A stretch of DNA of 64,000 bases, from positions 15,996,001 through 16,060,000 of the forward strand of contig OX597818.1 in NCBI GenBank assembly GCA_951406725.2, written 5' to 3'. This DNA is from Octopus vulgaris (lineage: Eukaryota). Every line of letters starts with the position of its first letter. Position 1 is the first letter of the stretch. Positions 1 to 12,839 of this stretch are shown here, one piece after another. Both the position numbers and the translations under genes were made by a program. Under the pieces are notes generated by a model that saw only the letters and a program-made list of their open reading frames with translations, ran no database searches and was not told the DNA's origin.

Positions 1-1470
1 AACATAACCAGCAGGGGGCATTTTGTCCTTGGTATAGATAACCTGAGTCAATGATAAACCAAGCTATGTTATTTAGTACGAGCAAAACGCCCACCCCCGT
101 CCAATGGATGGTGCTGAGTTGTCAAACATTTAAACCAAATTTTCTCAACACAACTTGTCTGACCGTCCCATAGGCCTCCCCTTTGAGAAACACTGATTTA
201 ACCTAAATTTGAGACACCAGCAAAACAAGAAATAAAGATAGACTTTTTTCTATTCCAAAGAAAAAACGATTTTATTTACACATATATACAACCGAAGAGT
301 TTAAAATACCAGTAATGATAAGGTTGTTGACTGGGAGAACACAAACATGGTTTAAACAGTAAGCTTGGCAGGAAAGAAACGTGCCTTTAAGCAGTACAAA
401 AGCAACAAAGAATGGAGTGTGCAGTTATGTACAGGTTGACGGAAGAAAAGCAGGACAAAAACGAAGCAGGCAAATGGGTTAGCTGGAGGTAAATCTAGAT
501 GGAAAAGCATGATGAATTTATGAGAACGTAACTGGTCAATTGTAGGTTAATTGTATATGTTTAGAAAATGCAAATATTGCACAATTAAGATGCAAGCAAA
601 TAGTCTTTTGTTTCTAAAACTGAAGTATTTTGACTACAGTCACCTTGAAATAAAGCTCAAACAATCTTGATTGAACACAATAATGGTTTTCTTTCACTAA
701 AAAACACTTTTTGGGGTTTAAAGCTATAAGGCAACAAAAATCATTTATTAGCAAGAAAATAGTATTTTCTTCCTTGAATAAAAAGCAATTAGTGTTTTCT
801 TTTCATTAAAAAATAATTAAGCATGCCTTTATTTCAATAAAATTTTTGGTTTTGTTAAACGAAGTTAAGGCAAAAAAACTTCTTGAGAAACCAAATAGTC
901 TTTCCTTCCTTCATGCCAAGTTTGAAGAAAATATCTCTTTTGTATCTTTTTTGGTCTCTTAAATATACCGCATTTTGTGGCATTATTTCAAACCAGCCGG
1001 CTTTTTTTGTGCAAACTGCACGTGCATTTTTCTTGCATATGCGTAGTATTGATCGCAACAGCTGATGTACTTGTGCATACAAATGCATGTTCCCACGGCT
1101 TTATCGATCGCATTCTCACCTGCAATCGATTTTTGTAATTTTTTCAAGACTTATACATGCCCTGATACTGTTGGTATCTACATATCAAATTTGAATTCAA
1201 TTGAATGGAGGATGCTCAAGATCCTAGAAGACACACACACAGACAGACAGAACGGATTTTATATAATAGATGTTCTTTTTCCTTAAATAGTGTATATGCT
1301 CTGTGAGAGATCTGCTATGTTTTTCATATTTAAATGAGCTTAAATGCACAGAGTATGTTCATTTAAAATTAATAGTAGCTCCAATATAAGTCTTGGTAGA
1401 GTTTTGCAGTTTATTAAGGACCATGCACTTATAAACCACATTAAACCTTCTGCAGTAGCCATTTATTCCT
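1..1470 (-). pseudogene. Penelope-like GIY-YIG endonuclease remnant (1271-1470 and 1-78), split by a Helitron
   Basis: Minus strand reads NGYCRRFNVVYKCMV..KTYIGATINFK*TYSVHLSSFKYEKHSRSLTEHIHYLRKKN|ILNNIAWFIIDSGYLYQGQNAPCWLC once 79-1270 is removed. It is colinear with the 30954-31388 ORF. Confidence 0.75.
79..1270 (-). mobile_element. Non-autonomous Helitron
   Basis: Minus strand begins TCTATTATATAAAATCCGTTCTGTCTGTCTG and ends with hairpin CCATCCATTGGACGG followed by CTCG. Inserted between A and T without a TSD. A deleted copy lies at 18853. Confidence 0.8.
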
Positions 1471-1688
1471 AACTTTGGAGTTGCATTTGGATCTATTTGC
1501 TTTAGGAGTTTTTCCACTAAGTGAATTCAGTCTGATCTCCACATATTCATCGTTTTCAATATCATTTGTGCTGTTATTGTAGGTATTGGAAATTGAAAGC
1601 ATAGATCTTCCTGACTCATGGGAGAGAGTAAGTGCAGTGTTATTCTAGCGGTTTGTGGTATTATCATAATTGGTACTACTGATGTTGT

Positions 1689-1736
<48 letters not shown>

Positions 1737-1921
1737 AAATATTATTAGTGCTATTATTCATGCTATTATTACTATTATTATCATCATGACAGCTATTAGT
1801 ATTAATAGTAGCACCATTGCCTGTAGTATTCTCATTAATGTTTGTATTCTAATTGTTATTATCATTTCTGTTATTAGGATTAATAGTAATATTTTAATTA
1901 TATCTGTTGTAATTATTATTA

Positions 1922-1964
<43 letters not shown>

Positions 1965-1992
1965 TATTATTATTATCATCATTATTATTGCT

Positions 1993-2180
1993 AAGGCGGC
2001 AAGCTGGCAGAATTGTTAGCGCACTGGACGAAATACTTAGCGGTACTTCGCCCATAGCTACATTCTGAGTTCAAATTCCACCGAGGTCGACTTTGCCTTT
2101 CATTCTTTCGGGGTTGATAAATTAAGTACCAGTTGTGTACTGGGACCGATGCAATCGACTTAATCCCTTCCCTCAAATTA
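1993..2180 (+). mobile_element. tRNA-derived SINE, local family A
   Basis: Head GGCGGCAAGCTGGCAGAA, B-box-like GAGTTCAAATTCC. Further copies at ~11837, 21030, 22050, 22371, 49475-50325 and 57309. Confidence 0.75.
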
Positions 2181-2199
2181 GAAAGGATTGTTGTTATTT

Positions 2200-2783
2200 T
2201 TATTATTATTATTATTTAGTAATTTTATTTTTATCCCATGCTTACACTGCTCTACCAAGCGCAGCTCTGTGTGTCTTGGGAATGTGCTGTGGTTTTTTGT
2301 GGTATTCTTATTTTCACTGTATTGAAAGAGTTTTACATAAGATGTGTGCGGTGCCTAGTATTGCTAATTTCTGTATGTTATATATACTTGTATAGTGAAG
2401 GCACATGGCTCAGTGGTTAGCGCGTTGAACTTATGACTGTGAGGTTGGGAGTTCAAATCCCGAACTGGGCTGCTTGTTGTGTTCTTGAGCAAGACACTTT
2501 ATTTCACATTGCTTCAGTTCACTCAGCTGCAGAAATGGGTTGTGACATCACTGATGCCAAGCTGTATCGGCCTTTGCCTTTCCCTTGGATGACATCGGTG
2601 GCATGAAGAGGGGAGGCTGATATGCATGGGTGATTGCTAGTCTTCCATAAACAACCTTGCCCGGACTTGTGCCTCAAAGGGTAACTTTATAGGTGCAATC
2701 CCATGGTCATTCGTGACCAAAGGGGTTCCCCAATACATACTTGTAAGTCCTAGTGTTTTTGCTATGTATTTGTCTGAATGTTT

Positions 2784-2826
<43 letters not shown>

Positions 2827-3005
2827 CATTATTATTATCATTATTATTATTAATATTCTATGTTTGACTTTTGCTTTATATTTGTACAAGTTGGCTCCAA
2901 GTCTCACCCAGAGACCTCAAGAGGCAACAGGTTGGAAGTTCGTATTGTTGTTATGTCTAGTGTGCCATATATTTGGTTTTGTATTTAGTGTTGTACTAGT
3001 GAATG
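2200..3005 (-). mobile_element. 3' ends of Dong/R4-like LINEs in (TAA)n tracts, interrupted by a SINE
   Basis: Minus strand encodes IYNIQKLAILGTAHILCKTL*, a typical RLE-LINE C-terminus, followed by an (AAT)n tail. Confidence 0.6.
2395..2727 (+). mobile_element. tRNA-derived SINE, local family B
   Basis: A-box TGGCTCAGTGGTTAG, B-box GAGTTCAAATCCC, core GTGTTCTTGAGCAAGACAC. Near-TSD ATAYATACTTGTA. Related copies at 25984, 10770, 44030 and 62565. Confidence 0.75.
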
Positions 3006-3030
3006 CCTAAAAAAAAAAACGAAAGTTATG

Positions 3031-3079
<49 letters not shown>

Positions 3080-3782
3080 CATCATCATCATCATTATTAT
3101 TATTATTATTACTATTATTATTACTATAATCATTACTATTGTCCTTATTGTAATCAGCCCTATTATTATTATATTTATGATACTTCTTAGTAGTGTTTGG
3201 TGGGTGATGTCTATAAAGCTTGTGCTTTTTAGATATGGTTATGATGGATTCTATGTTAAGTACTAAGGAATAGAATAATTTATGGGTAGATCAATTAAAG
3301 ATAGAGTGGTACTTGTGGTGGGGTGGGAAATTAAATTTGATAAGGGCAAAGAATTCCTCAGGTAGGTAGGCCCTTAACATTTAAGGTAAAGGTGGATGGT
3401 AAACCAAAGTAGTGTTTTCCCTCGACTTTTATTAGGTAATCTGGGACATGCAGAGTTTAGTGAGTATTAGGGACACCATTCTATGTATAGGAATATATTT
3501 TGTATGAATATTTTTGGGGTGTGGGAAAGACAGTTAGATTTGTTGCTTTTTAAGGTTTAGAGCAATAGGTGCATTGTTCCTATTTACTGTTGGGAATGTC
3601 TTATTCATGGTCTTGGGATGTGTAGAATTAGGATGTAAGTGAGCTAGATAGTTCTTAAGCTTAATATTAGGCAAGAATTTTACTTTTTGCAAGAAGTAAC
3701 TTGCAGTAAGTGTTTGATTATAATACATTGCATGGTTATTGAATATTTCCTCCTTTGGGAACAGATTAGAAATTCTAATAAT

Positions 3783-3946
3783 AGGCGCAGGAGTGGCTGT
3801 GTGGTAAGTAGCTTGCTAACCAACCACATGGTTCCGGGTTCAGTCCCACTGCGTGGCATCTTGGGCAAGTGTCTTCTGCTAAAGCCCCAGGCCGACCAAT
3901 GCCTTGTGAGTGGATTTGGTAGACGGAAACTGAAAGAAGCCTGTCG

Positions 3947-3983
<37 letters not shown>

Positions 3984-4207
3984 GTGTGTGTTTGTGTGTC
4001 TGTGTTTGTCCCCCTAGCATCGCTTGACAACCGATGCTGGTGTGTTTACGTCCCCGTCACTTTGCGGTTCGGCAAAAAAGAGACCGATAGAATAAGTACT
4101 GGGCTTACAAAGAATAAGTCCCGGGGTCGAGTTGCTCGATTAAAGGCGGTGCTCCAGCATGGCCGCAGTCAAATGACTGAAACAAGTAAAAGAGAAATAA
4201 AAGAGAG
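3783..4207 (+). mobile_element. tRNA-derived SINE, local family C, with central (TA)n/(TG)n microsatellite
   Basis: Head GGCGCAGGAGTGGCTGTGTGGTAAG..GGTTCAGTCCC and tail GAAACAAGTAAAAGAG. More than ten copies in the window. Confidence 0.8.
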
Positions 4208-5255
4208 ATACCTACAGTATCATCATATCCTATTACCACTTTTTTATAGATCTTCATTCTTTCCATTAATTCATATTTAACGTGTCCCACATGGATTATA
4301 ACTAATCGAATATCCTTTCAGTTACAACACTCTCATTATTAATATAACATCAATAAGCCTTCTTTCTTATGGTTTGCAGTTATACACTGAGTAATAAAAT
4401 GTATACAATTAATTTAACTTTCCAGATCTTTATCTCTACTTTACTTATATGATATCTAGTTTCCATTGTCCATTTAGCACTATACATCCTTCATTCCTGG
4501 AGGCTATAATTTCATCAAACTTAAACATAATAAATAAATAACTTGTATTTTGTTTTGTTTTTTTTTCATCTTTAAATTTTTTTTTTATATTTTTCAATTC
4601 CCTACGAGTATACACGTTCATTAACACTACAAATTTTAAAATTTTGATTAATATTATAGGTATCTATTTCTAGCACCATTATAACCAAATGAATCCTAAA
4701 TCCCCACTCAACTCTAGTAATATCATGCTCACTATAATTTGAGATCTTCATTATCTTTTACAACCACTATATTACTATCCTAATTCCTTCCCTCCAACTC
4801 TTGCCACCTTACTGTGGCCAGCGCTAGTAGCCAGCTACAGGATGAAAGTATCTGATATTTGCTATTCCTCATCCCTTTATCTATCTGTCTATGATATGCA
4901 GCCCCTGACCTGTTTCCACAAGCATATATATATATATATATATATACTTCAGTATATCTATCATTCTGTCTTTCCTCCACATTATAGTTAACTATTCCTG
5001 CTCAACTCTCATTCACTCTTTGTTCAAAAATGAAACTGATAACTTCCACTATTCCTTGCTATGGATTATCATTGGAACATTCTCATTTGAAACCGATAAT
5101 GGATCTTACCTGTAACTTCATTATTTATTTGATCACGGAACTGCATAACATATAACTATTTTACTCTGATCCTTCCTTCATTTTTGACAAACTGGACTAT
5201 ACTGATATCTATGATTGGAGATATTTCTTCATTTTTACATTTCTCTGACTTCTCC

Positions 5256-5343
5256 CTCTCTGAGGATGGAATATTCAGATTACGGAATCCTTACTCAATA
5301 TCACGATTCACATGCTTTGCTTTTCTAGAAACAGCTGTAGGAG
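5256..5343 (+). ncRNA. Hammerhead-ribozyme-like motif (type I)
   Basis: ctct-CTGAGGA-tggaa...ttcta-GAAAC-agct-GTA-ggag. Stems are short and include G-U pairs. Confidence 0.4.
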
Positions 5344-5900
5344 ACTCTATATGTCTGTATTCTCTCTCTAAACTAATTGGATCTTTTTCAAGTGATGCCA
5401 AATGTTGTGCTTTTCCATTTTTTATTTCAAGATATATCCATCAGTTCAAGGAAAAATCACTTCTAGCCACCTTTGATTGGCAGTCTCAACACCACATATT
5501 TCAGTTGCAGTTCAAGCTAGAGGTTTAGTAGTAAACTAAACTGAGCACTGACAGTACATACATATTACATTGCATCATTTGACAAAAACTTCACATATAT
5601 TCTATATATAGATATATCACCATCATTATCAATATTTAATGCCTGTTTTTCCATGCTGACATAATTTGGACAACTTAACATGAACTGGCAAGGCCAGGGG
5701 TCACACCAGGTTTCATAGTCTCTTTGGCTTGGTTTCTATGGCTGGATGCCCTTCCTAATACCAATGATCACTAATGCTTTTTTTATGTGGTACCAACACC
5801 TACACCAATGCTTTTTATGTGGTACCAACACCTACACCAATGCTTTTTATGTGACACCTTGGTTTTAGGATCTGAATTCTGTTGTGGTGGACTGGTAACA

Positions 5901-5933
<33 letters not shown>

Positions 5934-6169
5934 GAGGATTTTTTGGTTGATAACTGATGAGTGATTGAGCATGACCCATTCTTTTTGTGTTTTACCTTGT
6001 TTTCTGCATGTTTTTCTTTTATGTTTCGAGCCTACACTCTTCTACAGAAAGGTACACAGAAAAAACAAGGAGAGAAAAAAATGTGTGTAGTGGCTAACGA
6101 TCTATCATGCCCAGACTTGTGCCAGGGAGGGTAACTTTCTAGGTCTGTGTCATGACTGAAGGGGGTTTC

Positions 6170-6207
<38 letters not shown>

Positions 6208-6275
6208 ATAGAAATGGTAAGACAACAAAAGAATGAATGAGACCTCAATATTATGTAAATAAAGGAATTTGGCCA

Positions 6276-6336
6276 GATAACTGAAGAGATGGCGGCATGG
6301 ATTTTCACCCTGACATCCGAAACTTGTAGTTTTATC
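6276..6336 (+). ncRNA. Type I hammerhead ribozyme motif
   Basis: gataa-CTGAAGA-gatg...catcc-GAAAC-ttgta-GTT-ttatc. Same family as 30707-30769. Confidence 0.6.
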
Positions 6337-7073
6337 ATGGCTACTGAATAATTGTCACATATTACATTTACAGATATATATATATAAAATAGATTCAAGA
6401 AGACGGCAAATGTCTGACCATTACATAATTTTAATGGATTGTTCATTTTGTGAATGAATGTACTTAAAAAAGTAAAGAAAAATGCATTTCGGAAGTTTAA
6501 TGATAAAAATCATAACAACAAACACACATAAAAAGTAATATAAATCAATAAATAAACAAACACCCACAACACACACACTTAAACATTTTCTTTGAATCAT
6601 AATATATGAATTTACCAATTTTGTTGGCTCTTGGTAGATAATTGAATAACCATCTGTTCAAGACAAACCTTGATACTCTTCCTTACCCTTCTTTGATTTG
6701 CCTGTCTGCTAGTACTTAGTTCCTATCAGCTTTCACTCAGTCATCAGGCACAATCTTTCAGGTATGAGAAAATGTATGGCATTTATGTGTAATAAACGGC
6801 AATAATATTCTTCTTTTTTAAACATCCTTCCACTACATGTGAGCAAATTTAGTGATTATCTCATCTCTATCTCGGCAAGTACATATTTGCTGAAATGATT
6901 AAAAAGATATTAGTCATTGAGTTAATGTTGTCTTTCTATTCCCTTCTAAGTATCTAATGCTCATTAATACTAAATTAATCAACATTAAATTAACTTATTT
7001 TCCATGACAGTTTCATTATCTAATCATGTTTAATCTCTCTTCCTCTCTTTCTGTCTATCTATCTCTCTATCTA

Positions 7074-7178
<105 letters not shown>

Positions 7179-7194
7179 GTGTGTGTGTTTGTAT

Positions 7195-7425
7195 GTGATG
7201 TCTTAGAGAGAAACAACTACAGAAGTATCAAACTGTTGGACCAGATCATGAAAGTTACAGTTCAATTGATTAGGAATAGAATTAAACTAGATAAGATGCA
7301 GCTTGGTTTCGTGTCTGGGAAGAGTACCACAGATGCCATCTTCCTTGTGAGACAAATGCAAGAAAAGTAACTGGTCAAAAGTAAACCACTGTACTTGGTT
7401 TTTGTCAACCTGCAGAAAGCTTTTT
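7195..7425 (+). mobile_element. RTE-clade LINE reverse transcriptase fragment
   Basis: NNYRSIKLLDQIMKV..QLGFVSGKSTTDAIFLVRQMQEK*..LYLVFVNLQKAF. Confidence 0.8.
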
Positions 7426-7435
7426 ATTATTATTA

Positions 7436-7860
7436 TTGAGTGAGAGAGCAGTTCATGCCATCAAAGTGACACTGGGGTAAAATATACGAAGCCCAATATA
7501 CCCATCATGACTACCCGTCTGATAAGGGTACACCAGGCACATGCATCACAACCATATGTGCGCGACATGGTGATCTCATATCAAGATAAACAGCACATGA
7601 CCTTGCGGGTGGGGCCCAGTTAGAATTTTCTTCAGGTTGAGTAGCCCATCCCGCTCAAATGGTCCCTGAAAAAGGGTTGTTTAAGGATGTTGAAAGAACC
7701 ACCCATGTTTCCAGAGGTGAATTATTCAAACCCCAAAGAATCCCTCTCAACACATGGCTATGATGCTCCCCCACTACTTCTGCTCGTGATCAGAGATGCA
7801 CATATCGTCAGCCACTAAGCGGCATGCTCAACTGGTTAAGGTCAAACAACTGACAAGCAA
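7436..7860. repeat. Dispersed repeat embedded in (TTA)n; second copy at 63393-63935
   Basis: Colinear high similarity between the two copies (GAGAGAGCAG..CATGCCATCAAAGTGACACTGGGG..). Confidence 0.75.
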
Positions 7861-7896
<36 letters not shown>

Positions 7897-8588
7897 GTTG
7901 TTGTTGTTGTTGTTAAAATATTAATTTATATATAATTTCTTGATAATTATTAGTTATGATATGTATATCTATCTATTTATTATGCTTTATTATTATTTTT
8001 ATAATGTGAATTAACATATTACATATAATCTAATTTGAGAATTAGTTTTGTAAGACAATATATTATTTAATAATTAGGTGGCCTATTTATTACGTAGTAT
8101 TACATTTAAGTAAATTAGTTTAATATTAATTGGTATTTTGGTCAACTATGTTATTAAGTAAAATATTAACTACATGTATATTAATTATATAGTTAGTTTA
8201 TCTAATAGGTGTGTATATATTTGGACCATTTCCTATTTTTAATTCAAATATTTATAGCTTGTACTAACATTATGTATATTACTTAACATTAAGGTTTTTA
8301 ATATAAATTACTTAATGAGTATAAGATTTTATTTAGATGCTTATTAAATAAATAAATAAATTAATTAATAATTTAATTTAATGTAAATAGTTTAAATTAT
8401 AGCATTTAGTTTTCACATAATGTATATTTTGTATCTTGTATATATATATATATTTGCTTTAAATATTTTAATTAATTGTATCTTATTTTTTAAACAAGAA
8501 TATATTTGTTAAGATATTTTGTATTTTACAAGATTATTAATGCATATTTATTAATTTATCTAATTAATTATTTTATTGTTGTTATCTT

Positions 8589-8692
8589 TAACCTGAAGAG
8601 TGGCTATATTTATATTGAAGTGATTTTACTACTACTACTATTATTATTACTATTATCATTTCTTAAATATAGCCACGAAACACGTGTCGTTA
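8589..8692 (+). ncRNA. Type I hammerhead ribozyme motif with perfect core
   Basis: taac-CTGAAGA-gtggctatattt(loop)aaatatagccac-GAAAC-acgt-GTC-gtta. It has a 12-bp perfect stem II, a palindromic stem III, and predicted cleavage after C8688. Confidence 0.8.
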
Positions 8693-8846
8693 TTCTACCA
8701 AATATATGTTTTATTTATTATTTTGCACATTATTTAATCATTGTTATATGTCTTATCTTATATTTAATCTTTCTATAATATGCAATTTTTCTAAATGGTA
8801 TAATTTAATTTTTCATTATTGAATTGATAAAAGGTGGTTTTTTTTA

Positions 8847-8893
<47 letters not shown>

Positions 8894-8894
<1 letters not shown>

Positions 8895-9055
8895 TGTATT
8901 TTAACATGTTAAAGGAACCCTCCAATTTTGGGGGCTTAAAATTTTGAAAAAAGGTTTTGTAAGGTATTATAATACTATCCATGTCTAAGAAGCTCCCATA
9001 TGTTTTTCAGCTAATTTTTGACAAAAAAGGGTTCCTTATACACGTTAAAATACAG
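8894..9055. mobile_element. pogo/Tigger-like MITE
   Basis: TIRs CTGTATTTTAAC...GTTAAAATACAG flanked by TA. Confidence 0.7.
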
Positions 9056-9146
9056 TATATATAGATATATAAATATATTTTATTTGTTTCAGTCAATAGA
9101 CTGTAGCCATTCTGGAGCACTGCCTTGAAGAACTTTTAGTTGAATG

Positions 9147-10242
9147 TGTAGCGTGGCTTGGTGATATCCTCACTGTTTGAGAGATATATTTGAAATGATC
9201 TTGTGTTAGATAGCAACCATCTTCAGCTATTAGGACCCTGTTGTGTCCGCTACTCTGATTGGCTGGTTTTGGTGCAGTCTTATTTACTGCCAGTGTGTAA
9301 GCCAACCAAGCACGGCCTTCAGATAAGGTCCCATGACACAGTCTTTTTGAGTTTTCCCTGGAGCCCACCTTCTGTTATAAAACGTGCTAGCAAATCACTA
9401 TTTCTCGTCTTAGGTTCTAGTCCTTCTAAGGACTAACCTCTGACCACAGAGTGACTCAGCCAGTTCCATGTTCCAGCGATGACCAGACCAGCTAGTTCCA
9501 GCAAACCAGCAATGTTCCTGCTCCAGCAGTGCCGACATCATCTCAACCATTACCGTTCTCCACCACCGTCACCTTCATCTCAACGACGCCTTTCTCTGCC
9601 TTCAACTTCACGTCATCTCCATCTCCGTTGCTTTCCTCTCCAGCAACACCGATACGTACACAGCAACTCACTCAGGTTTAGCTTACACGCTGTTGTGATA
9701 TTCACCAAGGTTAACAGCACAGCACTACCTGCGAGATCTGTACCAATGCAATCTCAGCACAGCATTGAAGCTACAACCGCTACATGACATTGTTCAACTG
9801 GCATTCTGCATTTGTGACCCCAACATCCTGTTACAGAACGAAAACTATTGTGTAACCTCACTACGAACTGGTGAATTAACTCCATCTTATCTGAAATATT
9901 CTGAGAGACTTATTCTATGCTCTGTATTGTATTGTCTCACATGCATACACCTTGTTTGTACTTCTGTCGCACACATGAACACACAGACACAGACACACTT
10001 GTCGCATGCACTCAGACACTACACTCTGCTAGCACCCATACACACTCTTATTGTACACATCTGTAAATAAAAGTCTTTCTTCTCTCAAACAGTAGACCAG
10101 TTGTGTCGTCTCTCTTTATTCCTTTTGGTACTTATTCTTTTATACCATGTATTTGACTTACTCTTTGTAAGGGCGACTGTGCGGTGTTTAAAAGGAGACA
10201 TTTCTTTCACCAACTCCTTTACGTACGGTCGCTTTTGCTATA
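9147..10242 (+). mobile_element. Probable solo LTR inserted into a family C SINE
   Basis: Starts TGTAGC and ends GCTATA (decayed GCTACA). 4-bp TSD AATG, AATAAA at 10066. SINE sequence resumes on both sides. Confidence 0.65.
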
Positions 10243-10726
10243 AATGAATAGACCCCAGAACTTTTTTTAAAAGCCTGGTCACTTGGTCACTTTTAGCTGA
10301 ACCGCTAGGTTACAGGGACGTAATACACCAAGCCCGGTTGTCAAGTTGTAGAGGGACACACACACACATACGATTCCGGTTTCAGTCCCAGCACTTGGTA
10401 CTTTTGGCAAGTGTCTTCTACTACAGCCTCGGGCCTACAAAACACCTTGTGATGGGATTTGGTAGACGGTAACTGAAAGAAGCACGTTGTATTATACGTG
10501 TGTGTGCGCGCGTCTTCGAGTCTGTATTTGTCCCACCACACTGCTTAACAACCGGTGTTTGTGTAAGTTACGCCCCCGTAATTTAGCTGTCAGACAACCC
10601 CCCCCCCACCTCCAGGATAAAAATAAACAAAAACAAAGAGTGATAGAATAAGTACAAATTTCCAAAGTATTGCGATTGATTCATTCGACTAGATTTCCTC
10701 ATGTGACTGAAACAAGTAAAAGATAA

Positions 10727-10760
<34 letters not shown>

Positions 10761-11836
10761 ATTCCCGGATCATTGGATCATAAGGTCGGTTTCCCGGATT
10801 TTGTGGTTTATGTATTCCTTCACTGAACCAGACACAGGTCCGTCGCAGGATTTTTTCATTTGTGTCAGCTGAGTCGAGTGGAGGAACGTGAAATGAAGCG
10901 TTTTACTCAGGAACAGAACGCACCGCCCAGTCTATAAATCGAAATTATAATTCTACGGTCATGAGTACAAAACCCTAACAACTTAGTCACATGATACATG
11001 TCACTTGTCACTTGTCACATGTCACTCTCACTCTCTCTCTCTCTCTTTCCTTCTCTCTCTCTCTATACACACACACATTTCTAAGAAAGGAAATGTTGGA
11101 GTGGTTTCCCCTTTACCTTCTCCCGCTACATACACAACTAGTATATTATTCCCAACAACATGTATCGTATTAAAAATATCATAAAACACTGCTTATAAAA
11201 CACAGTGTAATTCATCCCAAAGCTTCGAACTTGAGATAGTGAACTGGTAGTTCAAGACTGTTCGCTAAGCCGATTGAACTCTGGGCTTATGTCGAACACC
11301 TGCTGTCGCATTCGAGAAGAGTACAACTGTCGAGCGAATCTGTAATTAAGATCGTTCCGTCGCCCTCCCTGAATAGGGAGGAGCGGGATTTGTTTTTTCT
11401 CAGTAGTTGCTGTTGCAAAGGAGGTAGTATGGAAGACGAGAGTGAAAGGAATTGCGACAGGCATTTTCTGCTCCAGCCTCGGGTTAATTGACTTTTTCTT
11501 TTTTCCGCATGAAACGAAAAATAAAGTTGGAGAAGAAATGCCTATCGCAAAGGGTGTTTCATGAAAGATGGAAGTCCGTAACAAGTATGTTGCGAGTGAA
11601 AGAACCTGTTTAAGCAAGAACAAAAAAAAAAATTAAAAAAACAAGGTCTTCAGTGCGAGAATGTTGTTTGTCGGGTCGACCGTGTCCTCTGCTTCATCTT
11701 TTGTTAATCATTCATTCGCATTTTATTGTATATATTAAAAATTGTTTATTCATACGTTCGTCCCATTCGATCTCCTGACCCCAATATTTGTTTTGTCTGT
11801 CCTCGTATCGTCCTCTCTTTTTCTTAACCTTATATG

Positions 11837-12454
11837 TATTTCTTTACTACCCACAAGGGGCTAAACACAGAGGGGACAAACAAGGGACCTTTTTGGTTTG
11901 AACGGCAGTTTTTTTAGCGGTTTCATATGAAATTGTCTCCCATAATTATGACCCTAGTAACGATCTATTGCATTTCAATCTGTTTTAGGGTTAGGGTTAG
12001 TTAGAGTTAGAGGTGGGGGGAAGGGTATCTTTTTTTCTTCAGAAATGTAATTAAACCCAATCTGTTTCTTAAACGAGGGACATATTCATACGGCATAGAA
12101 TGTTTTCACCTCAATAGACGTCATTGACTGGTTGAAATTGCAGAAATTGAAGAAAAAACAACAACAAATATCTTACAAACTATAGAATTTTCTCAATAAA
12201 GCCAAGAGAAAAAGATGTTTTATAAACACATTCTACCAGTATACGAAGTTTAAAAGTGTTTAGTTACGTGGAAATTATTTTTAAAAACTGCCGTTCAAAC
12301 CGAAAAGATCTCAAACAAGGACAGACAAACGGATTAAGTCGATTACATCGACCCCCAGTGCGTAACTGGTACTTAATTTATCGACCCCGAAAGGATGAAA
12401 GACAAAGTCGACCTCGGCGGAATTTGAACTCAGAACGTAACGGCAGACGAAATA
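11837..12454 (-). mobile_element. 5'-truncated family A SINE with ~22-bp TSD, interrupted by a MITE
   Basis: Flanks CTCTTT(T/A)TCTTAACCTTATATG at 11815-11836 and after 12454. An uninterrupted copy lies at 57309. Confidence 0.8.
11885..12311. mobile_element. Non-autonomous MULE-like element (single-arm form)
   Basis: TIRs GGACCTTTTTGGTTTGAACGGCAGTTTT / AAAACTGCCGTTCAAACCGAAAAGATCT. 8-9 bp TSD CAAACAAG(G). Internal TTAGGG repeats. Confidence 0.75.
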
Positions 12455-12781
12455 CTCTTTATCTTAACCTTATATGGTGAATAAAGAAATTGACATACTT
12501 TTAAGTTAATGTTAACATATTTCAGATACGGAGCATTAAAAAAAAAAGGTTAAGCAGACGTTATATATGCAAAAACAAAATCAAATAAAGTAGCCAGTGA
12601 CTGCTGTCGTTTTAATCTATCTAACATAAGACGGAAAACATCTCCAGACATGTTCTACTGTTACTCTAATTGTCAGCCTAGCTTTCTACAATTTTAACTG
12701 TGCACTGCAAGAGAGGTCACTCAGCATAAATAACGCGCGTGCATGTCATGCTTTCTCTCTCTCTCTCTTTCTCTATCTCTT

Positions 12782-12839
<58 letters not shown>

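Noticed and set aside
2395-2475. tRNA gene candidates at SINE heads (also 25984, 42179, 62565)
   Set aside because: A/B boxes are present but continue into SINE bodies, and there is no complete cloverleaf.
1618-3266. Poly-Ile/Thr hydrophobic ORFs (also 63330-63521)
   Set aside because: They are translations of (ATT)n/(ACT)n microsatellites.
3687-4280. 197-aa ORF and similar recurring ORFs (RLPNPLTR, LAEDTCPRC, ETDRIST)
   Set aside because: These are chance frames through family C SINE copies.
3240-5560. Possible decayed retroelement coding sequence (HLHPNSTHPK at ~3600-3650; coding-like minus strand at 5170-5440)
   Set aside because: Too degenerate to classify. It also lowers confidence in the 5256 hammerhead match.
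5953-5962. Isolated CTGATGA
   Set aside because: No GAAA partner or stems nearby.
11252-11623. 123-aa minus-strand ORF
   Set aside because: Non-ATG start and no recognisable motif; more likely UTR or regulatory sequence.
11985-12012. TTAGGG run as an interstitial telomere (also ~16245-16275)
   Set aside because: Only a few degenerate units, internal to the MULE-like element.
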